This document shows, one piece after another, positions 15,979 to 25,300 of a DNA stretch of 34,434 nucleotides. Below the pieces are notes generated by a model, which searched no databases, was not told the origin of the DNA, and saw only the letters and a program-made list of their open reading frames with translations. Each line of letters starts with the position of its first letter. Position 1 is the first letter of the stretch. This DNA comes from an uncultured Candidatus Peribacteria bacterium. Lineage in GTDB: Bacteria; Patescibacteriota; Gracilibacteria; Peribacterales; Peribacteraceae. Location of the stretch: the NCBI GenBank assembly GCA_964494435.1, contig CAZBSN010000002.1:1969-36402 (forward strand). Reading direction: 5' to 3'. The translations under genes were made by a program, and so were the position numbers.

Positions 15979-16731
15979 ATGGATACACCACAGCAGAACT
16001 CAAGCGGACGCACGATCCTTCTCGTCGTCATCGTCCTCGCCATCCTCGGCGCAGGCGGATACTTCCTCTATCAGTGGTTGCAGAATCCGGCGGCAACGAC
16101 CGGCGAGCTCGACGAAACTGTCGAAGCACCGGAGATCACCTCGCTCTCACAAGTTGCGGCTTACACTGGCGGAAAACCGCTCCCCTCTCCTTCCGACAAA
16201 TTGTTCCCGCCGTTCAACGAACACGATCACATTCGCGGCGAAGCGGCGGCTGATTTATCGATCGTGGAGTACAGCAACTTCGGCAACCCATACGCAGCGT
16301 TACTCCACACTGAATTGCAGAAAATCGTGAGCGAAAATCCGGGCACGGTGAACTGGGTCTACCGTCATTATTCGGTCGGACCGCAGGACCTTCTTCCATC
16401 CAAAGCTGCAGAGTGCGTCTACTTTGGGGAAGGCCATCCTGGTTTCTGGACGTACTTCGATTCGACGTTCTCCATCCGCCAGCCGACGGCTGACCTGCTT
16501 GCAACAGACGCAATGGCAGCGGGCGCAGATCGAACTCAGTACACGAAGTGCATGGATGAGAACTGGACGCAGGATCGTGCAATCACCGACGCGCAGAACG
16601 CGAGCATCGATCTTGGCATAGACGTCGCTCCAACGTACGTCTTCTTCCGCAAGAGCGACGCGCAAGTGCGCATCGTCGAAGGACTCAACACTGCGGAATA
16701 TATGCGGGCGGTGGTGGCTGATATGCAGTAA
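15979..16731 (+). CDS. Membrane-anchored DsbA/BdbD-like thioredoxin-fold protein lacking the CxxC active site (GNPY in its place)
   Basis: The TM/signal anchor is RTILLVVIVLAILGAGGYFLY. IVEYSNFGNPYAALLH aligns with the IVEFxDxxCPxCxxxH of DsbA-like proteins, and the cis-Pro loop is retained (VAPTYVFF). I place the start at the ATG at 15979; the ORF-track start at 15961 is TTG. Confidence 0.75.
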   Translation: MDTPQQNSSGRTILLVVIVLAILGAGGYFLYQWLQNPAATTGELDETVEAPEITSLSQVAAYTGGKPLPSPSDKLFPPFNEHDHIRGEAAADLSIVEYSNFGNPYAALLHTELQKIVSENPGTVNWVYRHYSVGPQDLLPSKAAECVYFGEGHPGFWTYFDSTFSIRQPTADLLATDAMAAGADRTQYTKCMDENWTQDRAITDAQNASIDLGIDVAPTYVFFRKSDAQVRIVEGLNTAEYMRAVVADMQ

Positions 16732-16744
16732 GTCATTCACTGAG

Positions 16745-16812
16745 GCGAGTGCCCCTCTCCCGGTTGCGACCGGCCTCTCCCTTTGGGAGAGGCGAATGCG
16801 CACTCGCTTTTT
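16745..16812 (+). terminator. Composite hairpin (GCGAGTGC...GCACTCGC enclosing two inner hairpins) followed by TTTTT; candidate terminator of the plus-strand DsbA-like gene
   Basis: The outer 8-bp stem pairs 16745-16752 with 16800-16807. The inner hairpins are CCGGT-TGCG-ACCGG and CCTCTCCC-TTT-GGGAGAGG. The T-run is at 16808-16812. Confidence 0.45.
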
Positions 16813-16816
16813 AGTT

Positions 16817-16877
16817 CCCTCTCCCCTTGGGAGAGGGTGGCTCCGCAGAGCCAGGAGAGGGGCCGTCCCGCAGGACG
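16817..16877. repeat. Cluster of three further GC-rich hairpins, including another CCCTCTCCCC-TT-GGGAGAGGG copy
   Basis: The three are 16817-16837 (CCCTCTCCCCTTGGGAGAGGG), 16839-16852 (GGCTC-CGCA-GAGCC) and 16862-16877 (CCGTCC-CGCA-GGACGG). They lie in the convergent gap between 16731 and 16886. Confidence 0.75.
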
Positions 16878-16885
16878 GGCTCATG

Positions 16886-19800
16886 TCATCTCCCGATCGG
16901 ACAGTACTGTCCCGTGCAGTACGCGCGGCAGCACTGTTCAGGTGACCCCAGAGTCTTATCCTGTCGACAGAGGTGATTCGGATCGTCGATACAGGATTTT
17001 GCGCATCTGGCAGCCACTTGTATGAGGTCCTTTCCTGCGTTCATGGACCGACAGACGCAGCCGCTCACGCATGAGACGCCGAGCCGTTTCTCCGTGCAGA
17101 CCTGCTCACAACGCGTGATGCGCTCGGTCGCGTTGGCGGCCGTCACCTGCGGGACGACGGTGCAGCTCCCCTTCTCTCCGTCGATGCGATCGCCCACGCA
17201 GCGCTCGTCATTCATGTTCGGATCAAAGTCTCCCTCTGGTGCTCGCAGGAACTGCGCAACGAAGGGGCCGAGTTCCGCGGCCGAGAGAGATTCAGTCGCA
17301 TCTCCATCGGTGTTGCATGCACCATCCGCTTTATCCGTGTATCCATCGCCGTCATTATCGATGCCGTCGGAACACTGGGAGTAGCGACACGTGGAGAGAC
17401 AGAAACGCTGCGCACCTTGAACATTCGTGAGTCCCGGCTCGCACGTTTCGGGCGACTGCACGAGTTTGTCGCCACACACAGTAGGCGCAGTCGGTTGCGT
17501 CGGTGCGCGAAAGCCGATGACAATACTGACGGGCCGAGTTGTCACGACAGGTGGAGGAGGCGGAGTGGGCGGCAAACTGCACTGTGCCGTTGCGCGGCAT
17601 GTACCGCCTGCGTTGATTCCAAGGAATTTTATGACGGTGCCAAAGGCTGATGGCTCCCACATACAACCGGATGCAACGCCGCACGCTTCGTAGGACAAAT
17701 TCGTGCAGGTGCTGCAGCAACTCGTGCACTGTGCGCCGGGCTTCCAGGAATTCGGAGTGGTGCATGAAGCACCCTGCTTGGAAGCGTCACACAGTCCTTC
17801 TTTCGTGCAGCAGACGCCATTGGTGACGGGGCAGGAAATCGTGATGGAATCGTTGTCGCTGGCCAGAAGCGCACTTCCCTGCGTGAGCGATGCATCGGCA
17901 ATGCGATTGCCGTTCGGAGAACAAATGAGCGCGAGCGCCGCGGCTTGAATGGGAATCTGAATGTCTTTCGGCTCGACCGTCGCAACGATCGGACATGCAA
18001 TGTTCAATGCATTGCCGAGACCGGGACTCGTGGCGGTACACGTGGTTCCTGCGAGAAGTTGAATAGTCTTCGGTCCACTTGTTTTCACGTCAGCTGGTGT
18101 CACAAGAGTCGGACCGTTTTGCACCGCGACGAAGTCTGGAAGAACAAGCAGCAAATTGCGAATGGCCGGGTTTGGGGTTGGATCGCCTCCCAATTTTACC
18201 GTGAGCAAAAGATCAAACGACGTCTGAACACTGTCGACCGTGATCGGCGTGGTCGGGACTTGGAGCGAGAGCGTACTTGGCTTGGCGGTCGGTTTGGGGG
18301 GTTGAGATGGAGTGCCACATTCAGCATTGCACGTTGCCGCATCGGTATATCCTTTCAATTCTGTGGCAAGTTTATTCGATGGGCAGTAACCATTTTCGAT
18401 AGTTACAAGCGAACAACTCGTAGCATTCTTCGCGCAGCAGTAACGTTTAGGGGGGCATGCCATATTGCATGCTGCCTGTGTCAAATATCCTGTATCACTC
18501 GTCTCATACATGTGCCCCGAACAGAATTTCTGATCATAGGAATCGTTGGGAAGTGGATCCACCAAAGTCGTAAGCGTGCAACTCTGCGTGTCTTTTGCAC
18601 AACAGTAACGACGATCGGGAGCAGGAGGGGGGGCGGCACATTCGGCGTCGCATGCCGTCTGGCTTGTGTATCCTCTGGAGTCAGTTCCCTCTTTCTTTGG
18701 ATTACAAACACCCCACTCGCCCATCGTTTCGAGTGTGCATTTATTGGCATCTTTGAGACAGCAATAACGTTGTGGAGGGCACTCGTTATTGCATGCTGCT
18801 TCCGTTGCATATCCATGCATTTGGGTTAATTTGTTGTAACTAGAGCAACGTCCTGAGTCGACCACTGATACCTGTTGGCAACTCTGTGCATTCACTGCAC
18901 AGCAGTAACGTTGAGGGGCACATTCGGCGTCGCATGCCGACTGCGTGTCATATCCATAATAATTAGACTGCATGCGATAATTATCGCCACAATCGTCCGA
19001 TCCTGCAGGCATTTTCTGACAACTCAGTACTCCTTTAAGGCAGCAGAATTTGTCTTTTGGAGGCGGCGGAGGCTTCACGCAAAGACCTTTGCAGTCGCTT
19101 TCAACATACGACACGGTGCTCGTGCAAGAGGCGCCTGCAGTTTTTTGGATGCACTGATAGGTGGAAGCGGCGCAGCAGTACGTCGTGGGTGTCGTGCCGT
19201 TGCATGTCACATAGAGTTTGGCATTCGCTGTTTCTGCAACTTGCAGAATTTCGCTTCCAGACGGCAGATGTTGGAACGATGCTTGGTTGTAGAGCGTTTG
19301 CGGTGGGTTGCAGACTTGGTAGTTATTCACTCTTCCCTTATACGTCATTGTGACGCTTTGGCCGGGGCTCGTCGGAAATCCTCCCGTACATTCCACACGT
19401 ACTTGTGGGATTGCATCGGGTGATTTTTTCACGCTACAGGGGCCAACGCTTCCGAGCGAGAACGTTGTACCGGCGGCAGATACGTCACCAGGGCCATACT
19501 CCGTGCCATCCGGCGCGATGAAGTACATTCCTTGCGGCAACGTGTCGAAGAAGATGAAGGACGTCGCACCGAGAGAGCGTCTCTTGAGCGTGACGTTGTA
19601 CGTCACCGTGTCGCCGGGCTTTGCGGTTTCAGGACTGACGGTTTTCTGCACGTCCCATCCACAGTTGAGTCCGCGCTCGTCGGTGTCGGACGCAAGTGTT
19701 TTGACCGGACTTCCGCGCCACTCGATCGTTGCGCTGGATGAAAGTGACAATGGGCACAAATCACTCGTTTTCGACAAGGTAATGAGAGAATCAATGTCCA

Positions 19801-22300
19801 ACGTGTGAGACAAAGTAAACGTTGGGAGTGTGCATTCCAACACTTGTTGATTGCCATTAAACGTCGACAGGCATCCTTGTGGAGTAGACGACGCAACCGT
19901 TCCTTTCGGCATCAACAATTTTACGACAGCCTTCGGACATGTTTCGTTTGGAACATACGGTCTGCCCGCGATGTCTGTGATTTCGATACGGTACGGGATT
20001 TTCTCATTCGGCTGGAATGGCTCTTTTGCAATGCCGGCACCAGCACGAATCGTCATGTTCACGCGCCACGTATCGTTGCTGCGATCCTCACACATATCTC
20101 CACATATCTGTTCTGCAGTTCCATTGATGCAACTGCGACCGTCAAGCCACCGTCCATTTTTCTGCGCGCAGCTTGAAGGCGTGGTTGTTGGATCGTTGCG
20201 TGAATCATCGCATCGCACTGGTGTAGATTCCGTTCTCGTGCAGCACACACCGGGACAGAGCACATCGATGCCGGGAGCCTCGGCAATGTTGTTCTGACTG
20301 TTCGTGTCGTACGTATTGGCGACGATAATCGTTGCTATGTTATTACTGTAGGACGTCGCAACACCCAACTGACAGACCAGCGGCGGGCGGACTTTCATCT
20401 GGAATAGGAACACCGTGCTGCCGGGAGCGAGTGCTGAAATCGGACAGTTAATACTTTGTCCTGCAGTCGTACAGCCAGGGGGAATCAACGACACTTCCAG
20501 CTCTGGCGGGAACGAATCGATAATGGTCACAGGTACCGCACTCTGGTTCGTGTTCGTGACGGTCACGGTGTACGTCACGATCTCACCTGGTTTCTTCGTC
20601 ATGCGCACTCCCGCAGTCGCTCCATTCAGCGTCTTCGTCACGGAAACATCCTTCGGCGCCACGGATGACGAGGCGGCGCTTGAGGCCACTTCACCGCACG
20701 CACTTCCGCATGCAGCGGCCGTTGTCGATGTTCCGCCCAGCTCTGTACATTCATACTTGCTGATGACTTTGCATGAGTTATTCGAAGCAATACAGCAAGC
20801 AGTGAACTTATCCAGCTCCTGACAATGAGCTTTTGTGCACTGCATTTTCTCTTCAAAGAACGTCTGTGTCACGGTGCGTATTACGGGGTTCGCGAACGAA
20901 TCCTTATCCGGAAACGACGTACCCATAAACGCATCGCATGCTGCCTTGGTGGCTGCTGTTTTACAGCTCCATTGCCTATAGGACATGCCCGTCGTATAGA
21001 GCACGCAGCAGCTGTTGGCCGTTGCTGGAACAGAAGAATTGTATGAGGAGCCCTGAGAAGATGACGCAGGCGGCGACATGCAGTACGCATTGAAGTCAGC
21101 CGTATCCATATCGTTCGAGGTGTTCGGATCGGCGATGTCGGAGAGGACCGTCGCCCTCGACGTCACCATGCATGAATCGGTCGCGGAGCGCGGCTTGAGC
21201 GTGAAACGAATGGTCAGCTCAACAATGATATCGGGGGTGATCGTGCCGAGATCACACGAGAGACCTTGAGCACCCAGCTGGCAACCTCCGTCGTCACTGA
21301 CGTAGGTGAGTTGCGACGGCACGTTCACGACGAGGTGTGCGCCGAATGCAGGAACATCGGAGAGGTTGTTGACAATGACGACAGTTTCAACGACTCCTTG
21401 CGGGGCAACAGGCAGTTCCGACGTCACGTCGTAGGTGACGTCCAGATCCGCACCTTGTCGCACGCAGGCCGAAGCACTGCAGGCGGAGGGTTCAATGTCC
21501 GGCCGCCAAATCCCCCACTCTGTCGTGGTGCCCGGCTGATGACAGTAGCCCCAGCTGTTCGTGTATCCCGTCCGCAGTTCGCAACTGAGCGGCGTCCACG
21601 CGCCGTCGAGCCCGGTGGTCGATCGATTGTACACGCAGCAGGGCGTTGCAGCGGCGCAGGCGCTTGTCGCGACACAGGATCCGCCGAAGAGATCCCCGAA
21701 AATTCCGAGGAGATTTGGGTTGTACTCACATCCTCTGAATTGGTTCTCACATTGTGTTTCGGACGTGGCAAGCGCGCAGTTGGAGCATGTTTCAGGTTTG
21801 CATTCGTAGGTGCAGCCATCGCCGGATGCGGTGTTTCCATCGTCACATTGTTCGCTCGCAGCGACGTTCACGTGTCCATCGCCGCAGCTCACATTCGTAC
21901 AATCGTTGTCGCATGTCGTCGTGTCGTCGGGATTGCCGGGGTCACACTGCTCACCGGAATCGATCGTCCCGTTGCCGCACAGTTGCGGCGGAGTCGGAGG
22001 CGTGGTTGGAGTTCCCGGCTTCGTTGGAGGACACAGATCAACCGCGCACTGCACAGTATTATTATCACCCATCCAGTGTGTCAGGCCTCCCCCTTGCTCA
22101 GCACACGCCTCCTGTGTCACGTTCTGGCAGCCGTTGTACGCACCGTTTTGAGTGTAGTTGCAACATGCTCCACTATTCGCAGGTGACGACTCAGAACCGA
22201 TAATAAGAGCTTCAAGCGAAATTTCTGGCTGCTGCATCGTGACAACGAACAGCCCGAACGCAGAGGCAGCGAGGAAGCCGAGGAGGTATCGCTGGAACAT
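16886..22300 (-). CDS. Giant cysteine-rich secreted protein G2 (about 1804 aa), no C-terminal anchor
   Basis: I place the start at the ATG at 22298-22300 (MFQRYLLGFLAASAFGLFVVT), 2 nt after the G3 stop. An alternative ATG at 22345 would overlap G3 by 43 nt. Contents:
- CGNG..GEQCD repeats;
- at least four DUF11-like beta-sandwich segments (for example GEIVTYTVTVTNTN, GDTVTYNVTLK);
- repeated [YF]CC six-Cys modules;
- a CSDGIDNDGDGYTDKADGAC motif. Confidence 0.85.
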   Translation of the reverse strand: MFQRYLLGFLAASAFGLFVVTMQQPEISLEALIIGSESSPANSGACCNYTQNGAYNGCQNVTQEACAEQGGGLTHWMGDNNTVQCAVDLCPPTKPGTPTTPPTPPQLCGNGTIDSGEQCDPGNPDDTTTCDNDCTNVSCGDGHVNVAASEQCDDGNTASGDGCTYECKPETCSNCALATSETQCENQFRGCEYNPNLLGIFGDLFGGSCVATSACAAATPCCVYNRSTTGLDGAWTPLSCELRTGYTNSWGYCHQPGTTTEWGIWRPDIEPSACSASACVRQGADLDVTYDVTSELPVAPQGVVETVVIVNNLSDVPAFGAHLVVNVPSQLTYVSDDGGCQLGAQGLSCDLGTITPDIIVELTIRFTLKPRSATDSCMVTSRATVLSDIADPNTSNDMDTADFNAYCMSPPASSSQGSSYNSSVPATANSCCVLYTTGMSYRQWSCKTAATKAACDAFMGTSFPDKDSFANPVIRTVTQTFFEEKMQCTKAHCQELDKFTACCIASNNSCKVISKYECTELGGTSTTAAACGSACGEVASSAASSSVAPKDVSVTKTLNGATAGVRMTKKPGEIVTYTVTVTNTNQSAVPVTIIDSFPPELEVSLIPPGCTTAGQSINCPISALAPGSTVFLFQMKVRPPLVCQLGVATSYSNNIATIIVANTYDTNSQNNIAEAPGIDVLCPGVCCTRTESTPVRCDDSRNDPTTTPSSCAQKNGRWLDGRSCINGTAEQICGDMCEDRSNDTWRVNMTIRAGAGIAKEPFQPNEKIPYRIEITDIAGRPYVPNETCPKAVVKLLMPKGTVASSTPQGCLSTFNGNQQVLECTLPTFTLSHTLDIDSLITLSKTSDLCPLSLSSSATIEWRGSPVKTLASDTDERGLNCGWDVQKTVSPETAKPGDTVTYNVTLKRRSLGATSFIFFDTLPQGMYFIAPDGTEYGPGDVSAAGTTFSLGSVGPCSVKKSPDAIPQVRVECTGGFPTSPGQSVTMTYKGRVNNYQVCNPPQTLYNQASFQHLPSGSEILQVAETANAKLYVTCNGTTPTTYCCAASTYQCIQKTAGASCTSTVSYVESDCKGLCVKPPPPPKDKFCCLKGVLSCQKMPAGSDDCGDNYRMQSNYYGYDTQSACDAECAPQRYCCAVNAQSCQQVSVVDSGRCSSYNKLTQMHGYATEAACNNECPPQRYCCLKDANKCTLETMGEWGVCNPKKEGTDSRGYTSQTACDAECAAPPPAPDRRYCCAKDTQSCTLTTLVDPLPNDSYDQKFCSGHMYETSDTGYLTQAACNMACPPKRYCCAKNATSCSLVTIENGYCPSNKLATELKGYTDAATCNAECGTPSQPPKPTAKPSTLSLQVPTTPITVDSVQTSFDLLLTVKLGGDPTPNPAIRNLLLVLPDFVAVQNGPTLVTPADVKTSGPKTIQLLAGTTCTATSPGLGNALNIACPIVATVEPKDIQIPIQAAALALICSPNGNRIADASLTQGSALLASDNDSITISCPVTNGVCCTKEGLCDASKQGASCTTPNSWKPGAQCTSCCSTCTNLSYEACGVASGCMWEPSAFGTVIKFLGINAGGTCRATAQCSLPPTPPPPPVVTTRPVSIVIGFRAPTQPTAPTVCGDKLVQSPETCEPGLTNVQGAQRFCLSTCRYSQCSDGIDNDGDGYTDKADGACNTDGDATESLSAAELGPFVAQFLRAPEGDFDPNMNDERCVGDRIDGEKGSCTVVPQVTAANATERITRCEQVCTEKRLGVSCVSGCVCRSMNAGKDLIQVAARCAKSCIDDPNHLCRQDKTLGSPEQCCRAYCTGQYCPIGR
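18314..19180 (-). repeat. Six tandem modules of about 45 aa, [YF]-C-C-x(5,6)-C-x(n)-C-x(n)-G-Y-x(4,5)-C-x(3)-C, inside G2
   Basis: In ORF numbering, the units start near residues 1056, 1099, 1147, 1194, 1247 and 1302. Examples are RYCCAVNAQSCQQV...HGYATEAACNNECPPQ and RYCCAKNATSCSLV...KGYTDAATCNAECG. Confidence 0.8.
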
Positions 22301-22302
22301 TG

Positions 22303-25300
22303 TTAGGAAGGAGAGGAGGTCTTGCGGAAACGTCGGCGAATCCATGCCACGCCTGCAGCGCCACCCGCGGCTAAGCCAACCACAAGCGCGGGGCCGGTGT
22401 CCGGAAGATCGTCGCCCGAACCGTGGACAGTATCTTCTGTCGGATGTGCGGGTGTGAATGGCAGTTCCACAATGATGGTTGCGGCAACGTCAGTAAAGCC
22501 TTCATTCCCGACGGTGCAGAGCGGCGTGCACCCGTCGTTGCCGAGTGCGTTATTGTCGTCACACGCCTCCCCTGCTTCCGGCAATCCGTTGCCGCACACA
22601 TTCGGCAGGAGCGACATTTGCGCATCCGTGAGACATTGTCCGAGGGCGCACCGCAATCCCGACGGACAGGCGCTGTTGTCGGCACATGGCGCGCACACCC
22701 CGTTTGTGCAGACGTTGCTCTGACATTGAGAAGGATGCGTACATGCGACATTGAATCCGAAGCGACATGACATCGTGCAACCGTCTTGATCGTCACGATT
22801 CATGTCATCGCAGGCCTCGCCGGGTTCGACGACGCCGTTGCCGCATGCATTGCCTTCGAGAAGACATCGCCCCTCGCTGCAACGGAGACCCGATCCACAC
22901 TGTGACGCTCCGCCGCACGGTTGGCAGCTGCCGCCGTCACAGAGCTTGGAATCGCACTCTGCTCCGGCCGCGCACGCGTGGCCGAGCCCAAACGCGCATC
23001 CAACCGTACATCCATCGTTGTCCTCTCCATTGCCGTCATCGCAGACTTCGCCGGACTCAATTGTTCCGTTACCGCATAAAGGAAGTGCGCCTCGGCAGTG
23101 ACCGTCAACACAGAACCCGTTTGGACACTGCAAACTCGACGTGCATCGGTTGCATGCGCCCCCTTCACAGAGCAAGCCATCGGGACAGGCATGCGCTGCA
23201 TCACAACGGAGCATGCAGGTCGGCGAACATGCATCACCCGCAATGGTGTTGCCGTCATCACATTGTTCTTCGGCATCAATGCGTCCGTCACCGCAGAGCC
23301 CCGCCGGGCAGACGCCGTGCACAGGACAGGAGCGACCGTCTGGGCAGAGTGTGCCGATGAGACAGCGTATACGGCAGGCATTCGTGCACGTGTCCGTGTC
23401 GCTGTTGTTTCTATCGTCACATGACTCGCCTGCGTCGACGACGCCGTTGCCGCAGAGATCGATGCACACACCGTTGCTTTCATCACAGACGCCGGACGAA
23501 CACTGTGCATCGTTGGCGCAGCGAATTTCACATCGATTCGAACACGCATCATTGTTGGACAGATTATCGTCATCACATTGCTCTCCCGGATCCAATCGGC
23601 CATTGCCACACGGAGCCACACAGGTCATGGACGTGAAATCACATTCTCCAGAGGGGCAATCGCTGTGGGCCGAACAGGCCAGTTTGCAGTTATTACGACA
23701 TTCATCCGTATCGACGAGATCCCCATCATCGCACTGTTCGAGGTACGTATTCACCTGGCTATCACCGCAGTACGGCGCGCTGCATACACCGGTGGCTTCG
23801 TTGCAAATCCCAGACGTGCAATCGTCGTCGCTGTCACATCGGACTCGGCATGCGTTGTTGCACGCATCGCTGTCTATTTGATTGCCGTCATCGCATTGCT
23901 CACCAAGCGCACCACTCATCACGCCGTCACCACATGTACCTGCAGCTTGTGATACATGGCATGTGGCGTCACAGAGATCGTTGCCCGACGGGAGCCCGCT
24001 GTCGCATGCTTCGCCGGCGTCGATGACGCCGTTCCCGCACAGTTGAATCGGACAGGTGCCATTCACCAAGCATGTCTGTCCATCAGCGCAGATCTCTCCT
24101 TGCTCACATGTACGTGCACAGAACGTGACACGATCAATCGTTCCAGCTGGGCAACCTTCATCATCTTTCCCCACGAGCATTTCCATCGGTGGAAGCGTCG
24201 TGATGACTTGCGCGGTAAGCCCTGGATTCTCCAGCGAGAGAAGATACAGGTAACATCCGGGGTCGTCCTCATCCGAGAGTCCATCGCCGTCGTTGTCGAG
24301 CCCGTCGGCACACGCGGGACGAACGCACTGTGGTTTACAGAACATTTCTTTCATCTTATCGGGCAGCCATGAACGGTTATTCGGACCATCGTCACATTGC
24401 TCACCGAGGTCGACGAGATTATTGCCGCAGAGTGTCGGCGGACAAATGCCATTCGCAGGACAAAGCTGACCATCGGGGCAGAGCAAGCCGGGAGTGCACC
24501 GCGCTTCACACTCGTTGGAACATTGATCGACGTCTATCTCGTTTCCATCGTCACACGCTTCCCCGACGTTGACGACGCCGTTGCCACAGAGCAGAGGAAG
24601 GCATATGCCATTGAGTGGGCACACTTGGCCATCGGGACAAATCTGACCGGGAGTGCACGGACGGAAGCGGCAATTCTGCAAACAGGTGTCATTCGCCGTC
24701 GGATTGCCGTCATCGCACTGTTCGCCTGCATCAACTGTTCCGTTTCCGCAGAGATCGGGACAAATGCCGCTTGCCGGACACGCCTGGCCATCGGGACAGA
24801 GCTGACCTGGCGTGCAGTTTCGCTCACGACACGTGAGGGTGCATTGGTCGGTGTCGATGAGATTGCCATCGTCGCAATCCTCACCCGCATCGACGACGCC
24901 GTTGCCGCAGAGGACCGGGCAAATGCCGCTGGAGGGACACGCCTGACCGTCGGGACAGAGCTGGCCGGGAACACAGCGTTGTTCGCAGCGATTGGTACAC
25001 GCATCTGTATCGTCCGTGTTCGCGTCGTCGCACGCTTCACCGGGAATCACACACGGCATGATTGCAACGGACTCGCACGCGAGGCGGCCGTTCTGGGACA
25101 GAATGATGGTCAGTGCGGGACCGCCGTCCGGCCGCACGATGGAGAGATCGTCGATTCCATCGCGATTGAGATCGCCCGCCACCATGCTCCGACTGGCAAA
25201 CTGCTGGGAAGATCCGGCCTGAGCGCCCGGCGCCTTGCCGATCATTCCGACGCGCACGGGTGCGGAGAAGCCGCCGTCTGCATCCCCGGTTGTGCTGAAC

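Noticed and set aside
16745-16880. Possible CRISPR-like array, suggested by the repeated GGGAGAGG palindromes.
   Set aside because: The repeats are short hairpins with irregular spacing and differing sequence. There are no uniform spacers and no cas genes in the window.
22301-22345. Alternative ATG start of G2 at 22345, which overlaps the G3 3' end by 43 nt.
   Set aside because: This is not excluded. The ATG at 22300 places the hydrophobic signal segment right at the N-terminus and lies 2 nt after the G3 stop, which is classic coupling. It is kept only as an alternative.
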